This document shows, one piece after another, positions 49,267 through 58,460 of a stretch of 64,000 bases of DNA. The translations under genes were made by a program, and so were the position numbers. Position 1 is the stretch's first letter. The number at the start of each line of letters is the position of its first letter. The stretch lies in contig JANQOW010000066.1 of assembly GCA_028285595.1 (NCBI GenBank), forward strand, positions 89,759 through 153,758, read 5' to 3'. The notes under the pieces were generated by a model. It worked only from the letters and a program-made list of their open reading frames with translations. It searched no databases and had not been told where the DNA came from. Source of the DNA: Hyphomicrobiales bacterium (GTDB lineage: Bacteria; Pseudomonadota; Alphaproteobacteria; Rhizobiales; CAJQND01).

Positions 49267-50511
49267 TTGCTTGCGATCTTACTGATCCTGCCGCTCCAGC
49301 TCTATCTGACGCAGTCGCGCGGGGCTGACAGACCTGGTTGGAGCAACATTGAGCCGTTCAACATGCGCGGCGGCCTCAAAGTCTTCTGGAACGTGAGCGA
49401 TCGCTCCAACGGTGCGAACATGGCCCAAGCGCTCGCACGGGGCTTTGAACCAGTAACACTCCTAAACACATTCGCGGATTATCCAGGCGACCAGAAACAA
49501 AACATTGCGCATTTCGTCGGGCGCAAAAACAAGAACCCATGGAAGAAGCCGCCCTATTTCAAGGACATTATCCAACGCAACATCGCGCAACGCGAAAACA
49601 ATGGTGGAATTTTCGTCAACGACATTGAGATCGGCTTTGAACAGGAAGCCGCGAGAGCCTGGGCGGATGAGACTGCTCGCAAATACTCAGGTCACGAGAG
49701 TTTCAGCACGTTCGAGGCAGCATATTATCAGGAATGGGCAACTTGGTTCTGGCAACCAGCGAAATGGACGAAGCAACAATATCCCAATCAGCCAACCGGT
49801 CTCTATGGACCACAAGCATTCCGTCGCGACTACTGGGGAATCAGCGGTAAGTCAGCGCAACAAATCGACGGAACGCACGCAAATGACCATCTGTTATGGC
49901 AACACATTGATCCGTATATCGACTTCTACGTCGCAAGCATCTACGTCTTTTATAATCAACCCGGGTCGGTCTACTACATGGCCGCGAACGTGGAAGAAAA
50001 CTTCGCCCGCACCCGCCAATTCGGCAACAAGCCTGTCTACGCTTACGAGTGGCTGCGGTACCACAACTCAAACAAATGGGAAAACAACCGTGAGCTCGAT
50101 CCCTATCTGGTCGAAGCGATGGCCATCATTCCGTTTTTCAGCGGTGCCAAGGGCATCGTCCTCTGGGGCCATGAAGTACAAATCAAGTCCGACGAAACCT
50201 ATCCCTTCGATAACTTGCCGCTCTTTGTCTCGCACGTGAAACGCGTGGCCCGACTGTCGGATAAGATCGGTCGCGCCCGGTTGGAAATAGACACCCCTGC
50301 CCACGTTCTTTGGAAAAGCAAGCGACCACTGGTCCGGCAGATGATTGTGAAGGAGGGCGAATGCATAGTGATGGCCGTTAACCCTTGGCAAAGCGAACAA
50401 TCTGAATCGCGACAAACGATCCAATGCGGTACAGAATCCGCGGAGGTTACAATGCGGGGCCAACGCGTAACATTACTCCATATCAATAGGCGCCAATTGA
50501 CCGAGTACTAG
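49267..50511 (+). CDS. Exported TIM-barrel glycoside hydrolase resembling GH56 hyaluronidases
   Basis: N-terminal hydrophobic segment; collinear motifs VFWNV, GIFVNDIE (DxE), NDHLLW...ASIY, PVYAY, GAKGIVLWG. Confidence 0.65.
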   Translation: MLAILLILPLQLYLTQSRGADRPGWSNIEPFNMRGGLKVFWNVSDRSNGANMAQALARGFEPVTLLNTFADYPGDQKQNIAHFVGRKNKNPWKKPPYFKDIIQRNIAQRENNGGIFVNDIEIGFEQEAARAWADETARKYSGHESFSTFEAAYYQEWATWFWQPAKWTKQQYPNQPTGLYGPQAFRRDYWGISGKSAQQIDGTHANDHLLWQHIDPYIDFYVASIYVFYNQPGSVYYMAANVEENFARTRQFGNKPVYAYEWLRYHNSNKWENNRELDPYLVEAMAIIPFFSGAKGIVLWGHEVQIKSDETYPFDNLPLFVSHVKRVARLSDKIGRARLEIDTPAHVLWKSKRPLVRQMIVKEGECIVMAVNPWQSEQSESRQTIQCGTESAEVTMRGQRVTLLHINRRQLTEY

Positions 50512-50595
50512 AGCTAAAACCAACTTAGTTTTTTTCAACCGAACGTATGTAAGATCTGGATTGTACACTCTGCATTTTTGCAAAACCCTTTCCCC

Positions 50596-51147
50596 CTAAA
50601 GCCCTTTAAGCCGCGCCATAGACCAAGCAGCGGCATGATGCATGATCGCAACGCGGCCATCGAAAACCGCCGCATCAACCTCCTCCACAGCCATCTCAAC
50701 CAACTTCATTTCCTCCAAATCCCCGGATGCCGGCTCGCAAAGCCGCCGACAGTCACGGTGGATGAAATAGTTCCCCAAACATCCGCCCTGGTTACCATTA
50801 TCCACAAACTCTCCAAGATGCTCAGCCGAGCGCGCCTCAAGACCTGTTTCCTCTATCAATTCTCGTGAACACGCCGCTAGCGGCTCTTCTCCCTCCTCAA
50901 CAAATCCCGCCGGAAACGTAAGGGATACCCGCCCGGGTCCATGCTTGTATTGGCGGATCATGAGAATGCTCCCGCCTTCCAGTTGAGGCACCGTGATCAC
51001 AAAAGGCGACAGCCGCACCTGATAGAAGTCCTCAACGACCCGCCCGTCCCCAATCTCAACGGCCTGCTTGGTGAGGCGTACATAGGGCTTGGCTTCAAAT
51101 ATCACCGTCTCAGAAACGGTCCGCCATTCTTTCAACTGCTCACTCAC
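50596..51147 (-). CDS. Nudix hydrolase (ADP-ribose/NDP-sugar pyrophosphatase-like)
   Basis: Nudix box GFVEEGEEPLAACSRELIEETG; GTG 51147 with GGAGG RBS. Confidence 0.88.
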   Translation of the reverse strand: MSEQLKEWRTVSETVIFEAKPYVRLTKQAVEIGDGRVVEDFYQVRLSPFVITVPQLEGGSILMIRQYKHGPGRVSLTFPAGFVEEGEEPLAACSRELIEETGLEARSAEHLGEFVDNGNQGGCLGNYFIHRDCRRLCEPASGDLEEMKLVEMAVEEVDAAVFDGRVAIMHHAAAWSMARLKGL

Positions 51148-51260
51148 GTCAACCTCCCGTCCGGTTACAATTGAAACACAATGCCAAGGCCCCAGCAATC
51201 AGACTGAAACACCGCTCCGCCACTGTTCCGGCCTCAGCCAAAGGCCAAAAGGAGCCGTTG

Positions 51261-52247
51261 ATGCCGACCCTCGCCAGCACCAATCCCCTGCCTCAACTCA
51301 CCGGCAAGCTCTGCCTCACAGAAGGTGGCATTGAAACCTACATGCAGTACAAAAAAGGGCACGCGTTCCGCCACTTCTGCCTGTTCGACCTCATGGACCG
51401 CCCAGAGGCGCGCGCTGATCTGCGCACCTATCACGAGGATCTCATCAAGGTCGCCCTCAAACACAAGGTGGGCGCAATTCTCGATGGTGTGCACTACCGC
51501 ACCAGCCGCGACTGGGGCGAGTTGCTTGGGTACTCCAAGCAAGGGCTCAAAGAGGTCGTCATCCAAGGGATTGAATTCTACAAAGACCTCGCCCGCCAAT
51601 ACCAAACCGCCGACAGTCCCATGCCCGTCAGCGGTGTGGTGGGCCCGCGCGGCGATGCCTACAAGGTCGGGCGCATCATGTCAGCAGACGAAGCCGAAGA
51701 CTATCACGCAGAGCAGTTGGAAACCATGAAACAGGCCGGCGCCGATTTCGCGACCGCCCTTACCTTCTCCCAAGTTGATGAAGCCATCGGCGTGGTGCGC
51801 GCGGCCCAAGCTATTGACCTGCCTGTGGTCGTCTCGTTCGCGCTCGGAGCAGGTGGCCGACTGAAAACCGGTGTGGACCTAAGCGACGCCATCGAAACGG
51901 TTGACGAGGCGACCGGTAATGGCCCCGTCTATTTCATGATCAACTGCACACACCCCGTCGACTTTGCTCCGGCCTTTAAGGCCCCCGGCCCGTGGGTCAA
52001 ACGCCTTTGCGGCTTGAGACCAAACGCTTCAAGTCTTGCCCATGGTGTGTTGTGCCAGTTGGGCCATTTGGAAGAAGGCAATCCGGTGGAGTTGGGTCAG
52101 CAAATGGCGGATATGGCCCGGCGCTTTTCCCACATCACCGTTTGGGGTGGTTGCTGCGGAACCGATGCTGTCCACGTCGACGAAATTGCAAAAGCTGTAT
52201 TAAGCGCGCGCAAGACCGATCAGCCGGAGTTCGCGGCCACCGGCTAA
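51261..52247 (+). CDS. Homocysteine S-methyltransferase family protein
   Basis: EGGIET, GPRGDAY, INCTHP, GGCCGT; AGGAG RBS before ATG 51261. Confidence 0.88.
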   Translation: MPTLASTNPLPQLTGKLCLTEGGIETYMQYKKGHAFRHFCLFDLMDRPEARADLRTYHEDLIKVALKHKVGAILDGVHYRTSRDWGELLGYSKQGLKEVVIQGIEFYKDLARQYQTADSPMPVSGVVGPRGDAYKVGRIMSADEAEDYHAEQLETMKQAGADFATALTFSQVDEAIGVVRAAQAIDLPVVVSFALGAGGRLKTGVDLSDAIETVDEATGNGPVYFMINCTHPVDFAPAFKAPGPWVKRLCGLRPNASSLAHGVLCQLGHLEEGNPVELGQQMADMARRFSHITVWGGCCGTDAVHVDEIAKAVLSARKTDQPEFAATG

Positions 52248-52438
52248 GCCCGTACTCCAAGTCCACTCCCAACGGAACCTGCGCGACCGACCATAATGCC
52301 CAATTGAGACGATCAGTGGCGCAGGCTGGTCAGGGAGTGACAACCTTGAACTCAAATACCAGATCTACTTAGTGATCGAAGTTTAGCCTGCGATTGGGTC
52401 AAACGGTAGTAGTAAGCTACTACATCGGTCTAATAGCA

Positions 52439-53305
52439 CTAGACCGACAGCGCCCAATCCCAATAGGCCTCGCGGGCCTGCCGGGTCACTGGCCCAACCT
52501 GGTAATTGGTATCATCAAACGCCACAACAGGCGTAACCTTAGCCAGGTTGCCGGACATGAAGACTTCATCGGCTGCATGGAAATCGTCAAACGACAACAC
52601 AGTCTCATGCACTTTGCGACCTGCCTGGCGCAAAAGGCCGATATGGCGCTGGCGCGTGATCCCGTTGAGAAACGTTCCGTTCGGTATCGGTGTGAACACT
52701 TCACCGTCCTTCACCATGAAGATGTTGGAGGTGGCCGTCTCCGCCACATTGCCCATAGCATCGGCCACCAGCGCATTTGAGAAGCCCTTCTTCATGGCCT
52801 CACGCAACATCCGTCCGTTGTTGGGATAAAGACAGGCTGCTTTCGCCTCCACCGTGGCCATGCTTTGCAGCGGCCTGCAAAACCGGGTGGTGGTGAGCGT
52901 GGCGGTCGCGCTTTCCGGCGGCATGGGGACAAGCTCTAGACCAATCGCAAACCCAACCGAGTCTGGATCCACCGTTATGAAACCAGGTCCAGGTTCAATC
53001 GGCCAATACATCGGGCGAATATAGATCGCAGCATCCGGCGCGAACTTTTTCAATCCGTCGCGAATGATGCCTTCGATCTTTTCAGGCGTCAGGGTGGGGA
53101 TCATATCGAGCGCTTCTGCGGAGCGATTGATCCGGGCGCAGTGCAAACTCAGATCCGGCACCACGCCGTTGGCCTGGCGCGCGCCATCAAACACCAACGT
53201 ACCGTTCCAAGTGGCCTGGTCGCAGGCCCTGAGCACCGGCACATTGCCTTCGTGCCAGTCACCTTCAAAGTAAGTCCAAACCACCTCGCCGTTCGGCATG
53301 ATCAA
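52439..53305 (-). CDS. Class IV PLP aminotransferase (branched-chain amino acid aminotransferase-like)
   Basis: VFDGAR, YIRP, AKAACLYPN, ETATSNIF, FLNGITRQ, DEVF. Confidence 0.9.
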   Translation of the reverse strand: MIMPNGEVVWTYFEGDWHEGNVPVLRACDQATWNGTLVFDGARQANGVVPDLSLHCARINRSAEALDMIPTLTPEKIEGIIRDGLKKFAPDAAIYIRPMYWPIEPGPGFITVDPDSVGFAIGLELVPMPPESATATLTTTRFCRPLQSMATVEAKAACLYPNNGRMLREAMKKGFSNALVADAMGNVAETATSNIFMVKDGEVFTPIPNGTFLNGITRQRHIGLLRQAGRKVHETVLSFDDFHAADEVFMSGNLAKVTPVVAFDDTNYQVGPVTRQAREAYWDWALSV

Positions 53306-53466
53306 GCACCTAGTTTATGAAATCCCGCAAGAGAAGAGCCATGTAGCACGAACTCGCGCCATGACGAAAGCAGATGAAATCACCACCCTCACAAATCGCG
53401 ACACCCACCCCAAAAGTCTGTTAGTCAGACAGGCAGAAGACAGCGCAGTAGATTCACAGGCCACTC

Positions 53467-53913
53467 ATGGCACCAGACTTCTCAACACGATTTGCCGAAC
53501 CCAAAGATCACGTCACGATCAGCCGGTTCGTCGATGCCCTCGCCGATGCGCTCTCTGAGGACGGCATCCCGTTCCGGACCACAGGCGGACGCGCCACCAT
53601 AGACAACTTTATTTCACAAGAGCGCGGCTGCGCCATCTTGGCAGAAGATGCCACCGGCCCGCTCGGTCTGGTCACGGCGTCCTTCAATCTTGCCCTCAGA
53701 TATGGCGGCGAATATGCGCAGGTTGAGGAATTGATCGTGCTTGACGCCGCTCGTGGCAAAGGCGTCGGTGCGGCTCTTATAGAGGCAATCATCGAAGCGG
53801 CCCGGCAGCGAGGATGCACAGAGATCGGTCTCTATGCCGTTCCGCGAAACCAAGCCTTCTATGAGAAGATGGGGTTCGTCTACGCCGGCCCGGACATGCG
53901 CATGACGCTCTAG
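53467..53913 (+). CDS. GNAT N-acetyltransferase
   Basis: EELIV...RGKGVG, N..FYEKMGF. Confidence 0.88.
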   Translation: MAPDFSTRFAEPKDHVTISRFVDALADALSEDGIPFRTTGGRATIDNFISQERGCAILAEDATGPLGLVTASFNLALRYGGEYAQVEELIVLDAARGKGVGAALIEAIIEAARQRGCTEIGLYAVPRNQAFYEKMGFVYAGPDMRMTL

Positions 53914-54776
53914 ACAACCGCCCTGAGAGCCTCGGGGATTCCGGACGGTGTCGGGACAACCGCAACACCAGCCGCCTCCAGCGCCGCCTTCTTACCGGCG
54001 TAACTGCCCACGCTGCCCATAACGATTGCGCCCGCATGGCCCATCTTCTTGCCCGGCGGTGATGCGGCTCCGGCAATGAACGCGGCAATCGGCTTCGACA
54101 TGGTCTTGGCGTACTCTGCGGCCTCTTCCTCCATACCGCCGCCGATTTCTCCCACAATGGCGACGGCTTCGGTGCGCTCATCTTGATCCAAGGCCACCAG
54201 GGCATCCTTCGTGGTGGTTCCGATGATCGGGTCGCCACCAATACCGATGAACGTGGAAATTCCAAGTCCACCCTGAACCAGATTCAGGCAGACCATCGTG
54301 CCCAAGCTTCCCGAGCGCGAGATCACTCCGATCTTGCCGGGCTTAAAGATGCCCGGATTGAACGCCGGCATGAAGCCGACAAAACATTCGCCGACAGTCA
54401 CCAGGCCCGCGGTATTGGGGCCGATCACCTGACAGCCTGCCTCCCGGGCAGCAGCAAGGAAATACATCACGTCCTGCACCGGCACGTGCTCGGTCATGAC
54501 CACCATTTTCTTGATGCCGGCGGAGATCGCATCCAGCGCCGCCGCTTTCACGCCCAAAGGCGGAATGAAGAGAACTGTCGCATCAACTTGCGTCTCTGAC
54601 GCTGCGTCTGCGGCCGATCCCCAGACCGGCCGGCCAATATGTTCTGTTCCGGCTTTCTTCGGGTTCACCCCGCCGATGATCTTTGTGCCATATTCGGCCA
54701 TCCGTTCAGCCCAGAACGTGCCCTGGCGCCCGGTGATTCCTTGGACGATGACGGTTTCGTTGCCACGGACGATCAT
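53910..54776 (-). CDS. SucD-like CoA-ligase alpha subunit, probably of an ADP-forming sulfoacetate-CoA ligase
   Basis: VQGITGRQG, IGPNTAG, SRSGSL, GIGGD, GEIGG, MGHAGA (phospho-His); in an operon with sauS. Confidence 0.85.
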   Translation of the reverse strand: MIVRGNETVIVQGITGRQGTFWAERMAEYGTKIIGGVNPKKAGTEHIGRPVWGSAADAASETQVDATVLFIPPLGVKAAALDAISAGIKKMVVMTEHVPVQDVMYFLAAAREAGCQVIGPNTAGLVTVGECFVGFMPAFNPGIFKPGKIGVISRSGSLGTMVCLNLVQGGLGISTFIGIGGDPIIGTTTKDALVALDQDERTEAVAIVGEIGGGMEEEAAEYAKTMSKPIAAFIAGAASPPGKKMGHAGAIVMGSVGSYAGKKAALEAAGVAVVPTPSGIPEALRAVV

Positions 54777-55894
54777 TGCGCAGCCTCCACGGCAGCCTTC
54801 ACCGCATCATCCATGAATTCATAGGGCTCAAGCCCGAGGCCATCACGCACCATTTTGATGGCTTCTTTATCGCCCGTACCATGAATGGTGAAGAACACCG
54901 GAATGTCCGGCTCCAGCTCTTTCCAAGCGTTCACGACCCCTTCGGCCATGACATCGCATCTGGCAAAGGCCCCGCAGAAATTGACCATCAGCGACTTCAC
55001 GTTCGGGTTGGCCAAAACGATCTCGAGGGCCTCTTTTGACAAACGATACGCTTCCCCACCAATCTCCAGGAAGTTGGCGGGCGCCCCGCCATAGTGGCTG
55101 ATGGCGTCCATTGTGGTCATTGTCACCCCTGCCCCATTCGCCAAGACGCCCACATTGCCATCAAGCTCAATGTATTTGAGGTTCACCGCATGAGACCTGG
55201 CTTCAAGCTCAGTCGTCTTATCAGGCGTGCCATGCTCGGCCAGGTCTTCCTGGCGCTTCACGCCGGAATCATCCAGCGTGAATTTGCAATCGAGCGCAAT
55301 TAGCTCACCGTCCTTCGTCTGCACCAACGGATTGATCTCAAGAAGTTCAGCATCATTGGCCGAATAAACGGCGTATAGCTTCGCCAGCAGATCAACCAGA
55401 GCGCTCTCATCGATGTCGCCCAGATCGGGAAGATTTGCCGCCACAGCAGCGCGATCAAACCCATGGCGAATGTCGACGGCCAGCCGCATCAGCCTTTGCG
55501 GATGCTTCTCGGCGATCTCCTCAATGTCCATCCCGCCCTCAGGCGAAAACAGGACCAACGGACCTTTGGTCACCGGATCATTCAGCACGGCCGCATAGAG
55601 TTCTCTGGCAATGGGCACCTGGGCCTCCACCAGCACCTTCTCAACTTCATGCTCGCCGATATGCATACCCAGGATGCGCGCCGCTTCTGTGTTTGCCTCA
55701 GCAGGGCTGGATGCCAGTGCAATACCGCCCGCTTTGCCCCGCTTGCCTGTAGGCACTTGGGCCTTCACCACGCAAGGGCCGATCTTCTCTGCGATCGTGC
55801 CTGCTTCTGCCGCCGTGCGGGCAATCTCACTGGCCGGTACCGCAATGCCTGCCGCACTCAGCAGCGGTTTTGCAGCATACTCCTCGAAGTTCAT
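54773..55894 (-). CDS. SucC-like ATP-grasp CoA-ligase beta subunit, probably of sulfoacetate-CoA ligase
   Basis: VKAQVPTGKRGKAGGI, GGMDIEE, EINPL, NGAG..M.TMD, ANFLEIGG. Confidence 0.85.
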   Translation of the reverse strand: MNFEEYAAKPLLSAAGIAVPASEIARTAAEAGTIAEKIGPCVVKAQVPTGKRGKAGGIALASSPAEANTEAARILGMHIGEHEVEKVLVEAQVPIARELYAAVLNDPVTKGPLVLFSPEGGMDIEEIAEKHPQRLMRLAVDIRHGFDRAAVAANLPDLGDIDESALVDLLAKLYAVYSANDAELLEINPLVQTKDGELIALDCKFTLDDSGVKRQEDLAEHGTPDKTTELEARSHAVNLKYIELDGNVGVLANGAGVTMTTMDAISHYGGAPANFLEIGGEAYRLSKEALEIVLANPNVKSLMVNFCGAFARCDVMAEGVVNAWKELEPDIPVFFTIHGTGDKEAIKMVRDGLGLEPYEFMDDAVKAAVEAAQ

Positions 55895-55900
55895 AAGTGC

Positions 55901-57331
55901 CTATTTTCCGTATTTCGCCCAATAGTCGCCGAACAGCTCTTCTTCGCTCGGCTTGTCTTCGTCCACCGTGTTCACGAGATGGGTGATGTTGATGAAGTGG
56001 GAATAGTTGAGATTGTCGGAGATCGAGTTGCCAGCCCAGGTGCCACACCCCATGGACAAGGTGAAGTTCAGCCCGTTGTTGAAACTGCCACCATTGCCGA
56101 AAGTGTGGGCCTGGTTCACCAGAACACGCACAACCTTCAGGTCCTCGGCGAGCTCGGTCGCATGCTCAGGTGCATTGGTGTGGATGCCACAAGAATGCCC
56201 GACACCCTTTACATCCAGAATGCGTGCCACCTTATCTTTGGCGTCCGCAAAGTCTTTGGCACGGTAAACCGTAAGCACCAGAGCAAGTTTTTCGTCCGAA
56301 AGCGGTTCGTCTCGGCCGATGCCGTCATGCTCCACCATGAAGAACTTGGAGGACTTCGCCTCATCCGCAAGGCCGGCAACTTCAGCGAACACGTCGGCGT
56401 CCTTGGCAATCACATGCCGGTTCAACTTGCCGTTCACCCAGAGCGTATCCACCACCTTCTGCTTCTCATCGCCAGAGGCACGATACCCCCCGGCCCGCTG
56501 AAGCGCGGCAATCGCATCCTCATAGACATCATCCACAATGATGACGGAGTTTTCCGAAGAACAAGACGTGGAGTTGTCAAAGATCTTTGATGCACAAATC
56601 TTCTCCGCCGCATCGTCCAGGTCAGCGGAAGAATCGATGATCACCGGCACATTGCCTGCCCCAACGCCGATCGCCACGGTGCCGCTGGAGTAGGCCCGGT
56701 GCACATTGTTTTGCGACCCGGTGCAAACCACAAGATCGCAGCCTTCCATGAGGCCTTGGGTCAGCTCTTTGGAGACCGGTGACGGCAGGATCTGCACCAA
56801 ATCTTCAGGGTGCCCGCCTTTGCGCAGCTCAGAGCGCATAAGCTCAACGGTCTTGGCCGTGGTGTTATAGCCCGCCGGCGACGGCGCGATAACAACAGCA
56901 TTGCCGCCTTTAACCGCCATCATTGCTTTGTTCACCGGCGTGGCTGCCGGGTTGGTTGAAGGGCAAACGGCCGCAACGACACCCACCGGCTTGGCGTACT
57001 TCACCAGTCCCTTTTCCGGCAGCTCTTCAATGATCCCGGTGGTTTTGACGCGTGAGAGATCGCGTAAGGTGCCAAAAGTCTTGCGGGTGTTCTTGATGAT
57101 TTTGGAGGGCACGTTGCCAAGCCCTGTGTCATCCACGGCCAAAACCGCCAAGGCTTCCGCATTTTCAGGTTTGTATATCGACCACGCCAGAGCGGTGACC
57201 GCCTCGTCGATACGCGCCTGATCGTGATTGTCGAACGCATCCATGGCGGCGCGGCCGCGCGCGATCAAGCCATTAATCACGCTGCGAACGTCATCTGCGT
57301 CGTTAAACCCCTTTTGTGCTGCAAGTGTCAT
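55901..57331 (-). CDS. sauS: CoA-acylating sulfoacetaldehyde dehydrogenase
   Basis: DTGLGNV..KI.KN.RKT, PSTNPAATP.NK, GVGAGN, FDNSTSCSSENS, NQAH, LSMGCGTW..N..SDNL, C-terminal GDYWAKYGK, as I recall for Cupriavidus SauS. Confidence 0.8.
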   Translation of the reverse strand: MTLAAQKGFNDADDVRSVINGLIARGRAAMDAFDNHDQARIDEAVTALAWSIYKPENAEALAVLAVDDTGLGNVPSKIIKNTRKTFGTLRDLSRVKTTGIIEELPEKGLVKYAKPVGVVAAVCPSTNPAATPVNKAMMAVKGGNAVVIAPSPAGYNTTAKTVELMRSELRKGGHPEDLVQILPSPVSKELTQGLMEGCDLVVCTGSQNNVHRAYSSGTVAIGVGAGNVPVIIDSSADLDDAAEKICASKIFDNSTSCSSENSVIIVDDVYEDAIAALQRAGGYRASGDEKQKVVDTLWVNGKLNRHVIAKDADVFAEVAGLADEAKSSKFFMVEHDGIGRDEPLSDEKLALVLTVYRAKDFADAKDKVARILDVKGVGHSCGIHTNAPEHATELAEDLKVVRVLVNQAHTFGNGGSFNNGLNFTLSMGCGTWAGNSISDNLNYSHFINITHLVNTVDEDKPSEEELFGDYWAKYGK

Positions 57332-57384
57332 TATACTGGCCTCTCAGCGATGGTCTCGGCGCCTCACTATACGGCGCCAATAAT

Positions 57385-57409
57385 TTCGATAATTGGAATA
57401 TAGCATTCA
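57385..57409 (-). promoter_or_regulatory. Putative IclR operator upstream of sauS
   Basis: Imperfect palindrome TTCGATAATTGGAA; minus strand TGAATG-N4-ATTCCAATTAT, repeated upstream of tctC. Confidence 0.55.
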
Positions 57410-57457
57410 ACTTTTCACAAAATCATACGGTCGTCAAGACTGAACGCAGCAGGTTTG

Positions 57458-58240
57458 CTACCGCAATGACCAAACTTCTGCGATCCGGTCAGCTTTTTCA
57501 CGCATACTGGGCAAATAGCTCAAAGCCTTCTCCAGGGGCATGCGAATATGAAGCGCATGTACGGACAATCCCGCGACGGCTCTGCCCGTGTCATCCTTGA
57601 TTGCAACCGCGAGGGCAGACAAGCCTTCCACAAACTCTTCATTGTTGAACGAGTAAGCCTCAGACCGGATCTTGGAAAACTCCGCCTCAAGCGCAGCTTC
57701 GTCAGCCAGCGTGTGCTCGGTAAACCGTTTCAGTTCAGTTGCCCGCAAAAGGCGCGAACGCACATTCTTATGCTGGTCGGCCGCGAGCATCTTGCCAATC
57801 GCCGTGCAATGAAATGGCACGCGGCTGCCGACCTGCAACTGCAACCGTAATGGCGAGATCCCCTCAACGCGTTCAATATAGACGACCTCATCCTGATCCA
57901 GCACACCCACGTTGCAGGTTTCCTGAGTTTCCTCGACGAGTTCATTGAGAATAGCCCGCACGGGAGGCTGGGGCCCCAAGCTGCGCAGCGCATGACCGGC
58001 AAGCAGCATCAGCGCCGGGCCAACCACATACCGCTCCTTCTGAGCGGACCTTAAGATGATCTTTTCGTCCGCCAATTGCTGGAGGACCCGGTGAAGCGTC
58101 GCCCTGGGCAAATCGAGCTTTTCAGCCAGTTCCGCCAAGCTCACCGCACGGTCACTCTCCGCCACCAGCTTCAGCACATCAAGCGCCTTGCTAAGAGCAG
58201 ATCCACGTTCCCCTTGTGCTTGGCCAGCCATAGACGTCAA
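57458..58240 (-). CDS. IclR-family transcriptional regulator (alternative start ATG 58231)
   Basis: SALSKALDVL, HTH LAELAEKLDLPRATLHRVL, ETCN, HCTAIGK. Confidence 0.93.
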   Translation of the reverse strand: MTSMAGQAQGERGSALSKALDVLKLVAESDRAVSLAELAEKLDLPRATLHRVLQQLADEKIILRSAQKERYVVGPALMLLAGHALRSLGPQPPVRAILNELVEETQETCNVGVLDQDEVVYIERVEGISPLRLQLQVGSRVPFHCTAIGKMLAADQHKNVRSRLLRATELKRFTEHTLADEAALEAEFSKIRSEAYSFNNEEFVEGLSALAVAIKDDTGRAVAGLSVHALHIRMPLEKALSYLPSMREKADRIAEVWSLR

Positions 58241-58281
58241 ATCCAGTTCTCAATTGACTCTCGTATAAATTTCTGAAAATC

Positions 58282-58302
58282 TGAACGAACCATTCCAATT
58301 AT
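58282..58302 (+). promoter_or_regulatory. Putative IclR operator in the iclR/tctC divergent region
   Basis: TGAACG-N4-ATTCCAATTAT, the same motif and relative orientation as upstream of sauS. Confidence 0.55.
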
Positions 58303-58460
58303 AACAAAACACTGATTACCTGACCAGCTAAACAAAGAACAGGAATCGCAGGAAGGCAAGGATACCACGAGAAGCATTGCTTCATTGGCCAAACATGGTC
58401 AATATCACAGAAGAGGAAAACCTCAACGACCCAACGGGGTTACCAAAAGGGAGAAAACGC

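Noticed and set aside
49505-50239. 244-aa alternate-frame ORF inside the GH56-like gene
   Set aside because: Ser/Thr/Arg-rich off-frame translation with no RBS or motifs.
53910-55894. Housekeeping TCA-cycle sucCD
   Set aside because: Divergent sequences in an operon with sauS rather than with mdh/sucAB; better explained as a sulfoacetate-CoA ligase.
55463-56590. 375-aa plus-strand ORF
   Set aside because: Antisense to sauS and the SucC-like gene; no motifs; typical of high-GC codon bias.
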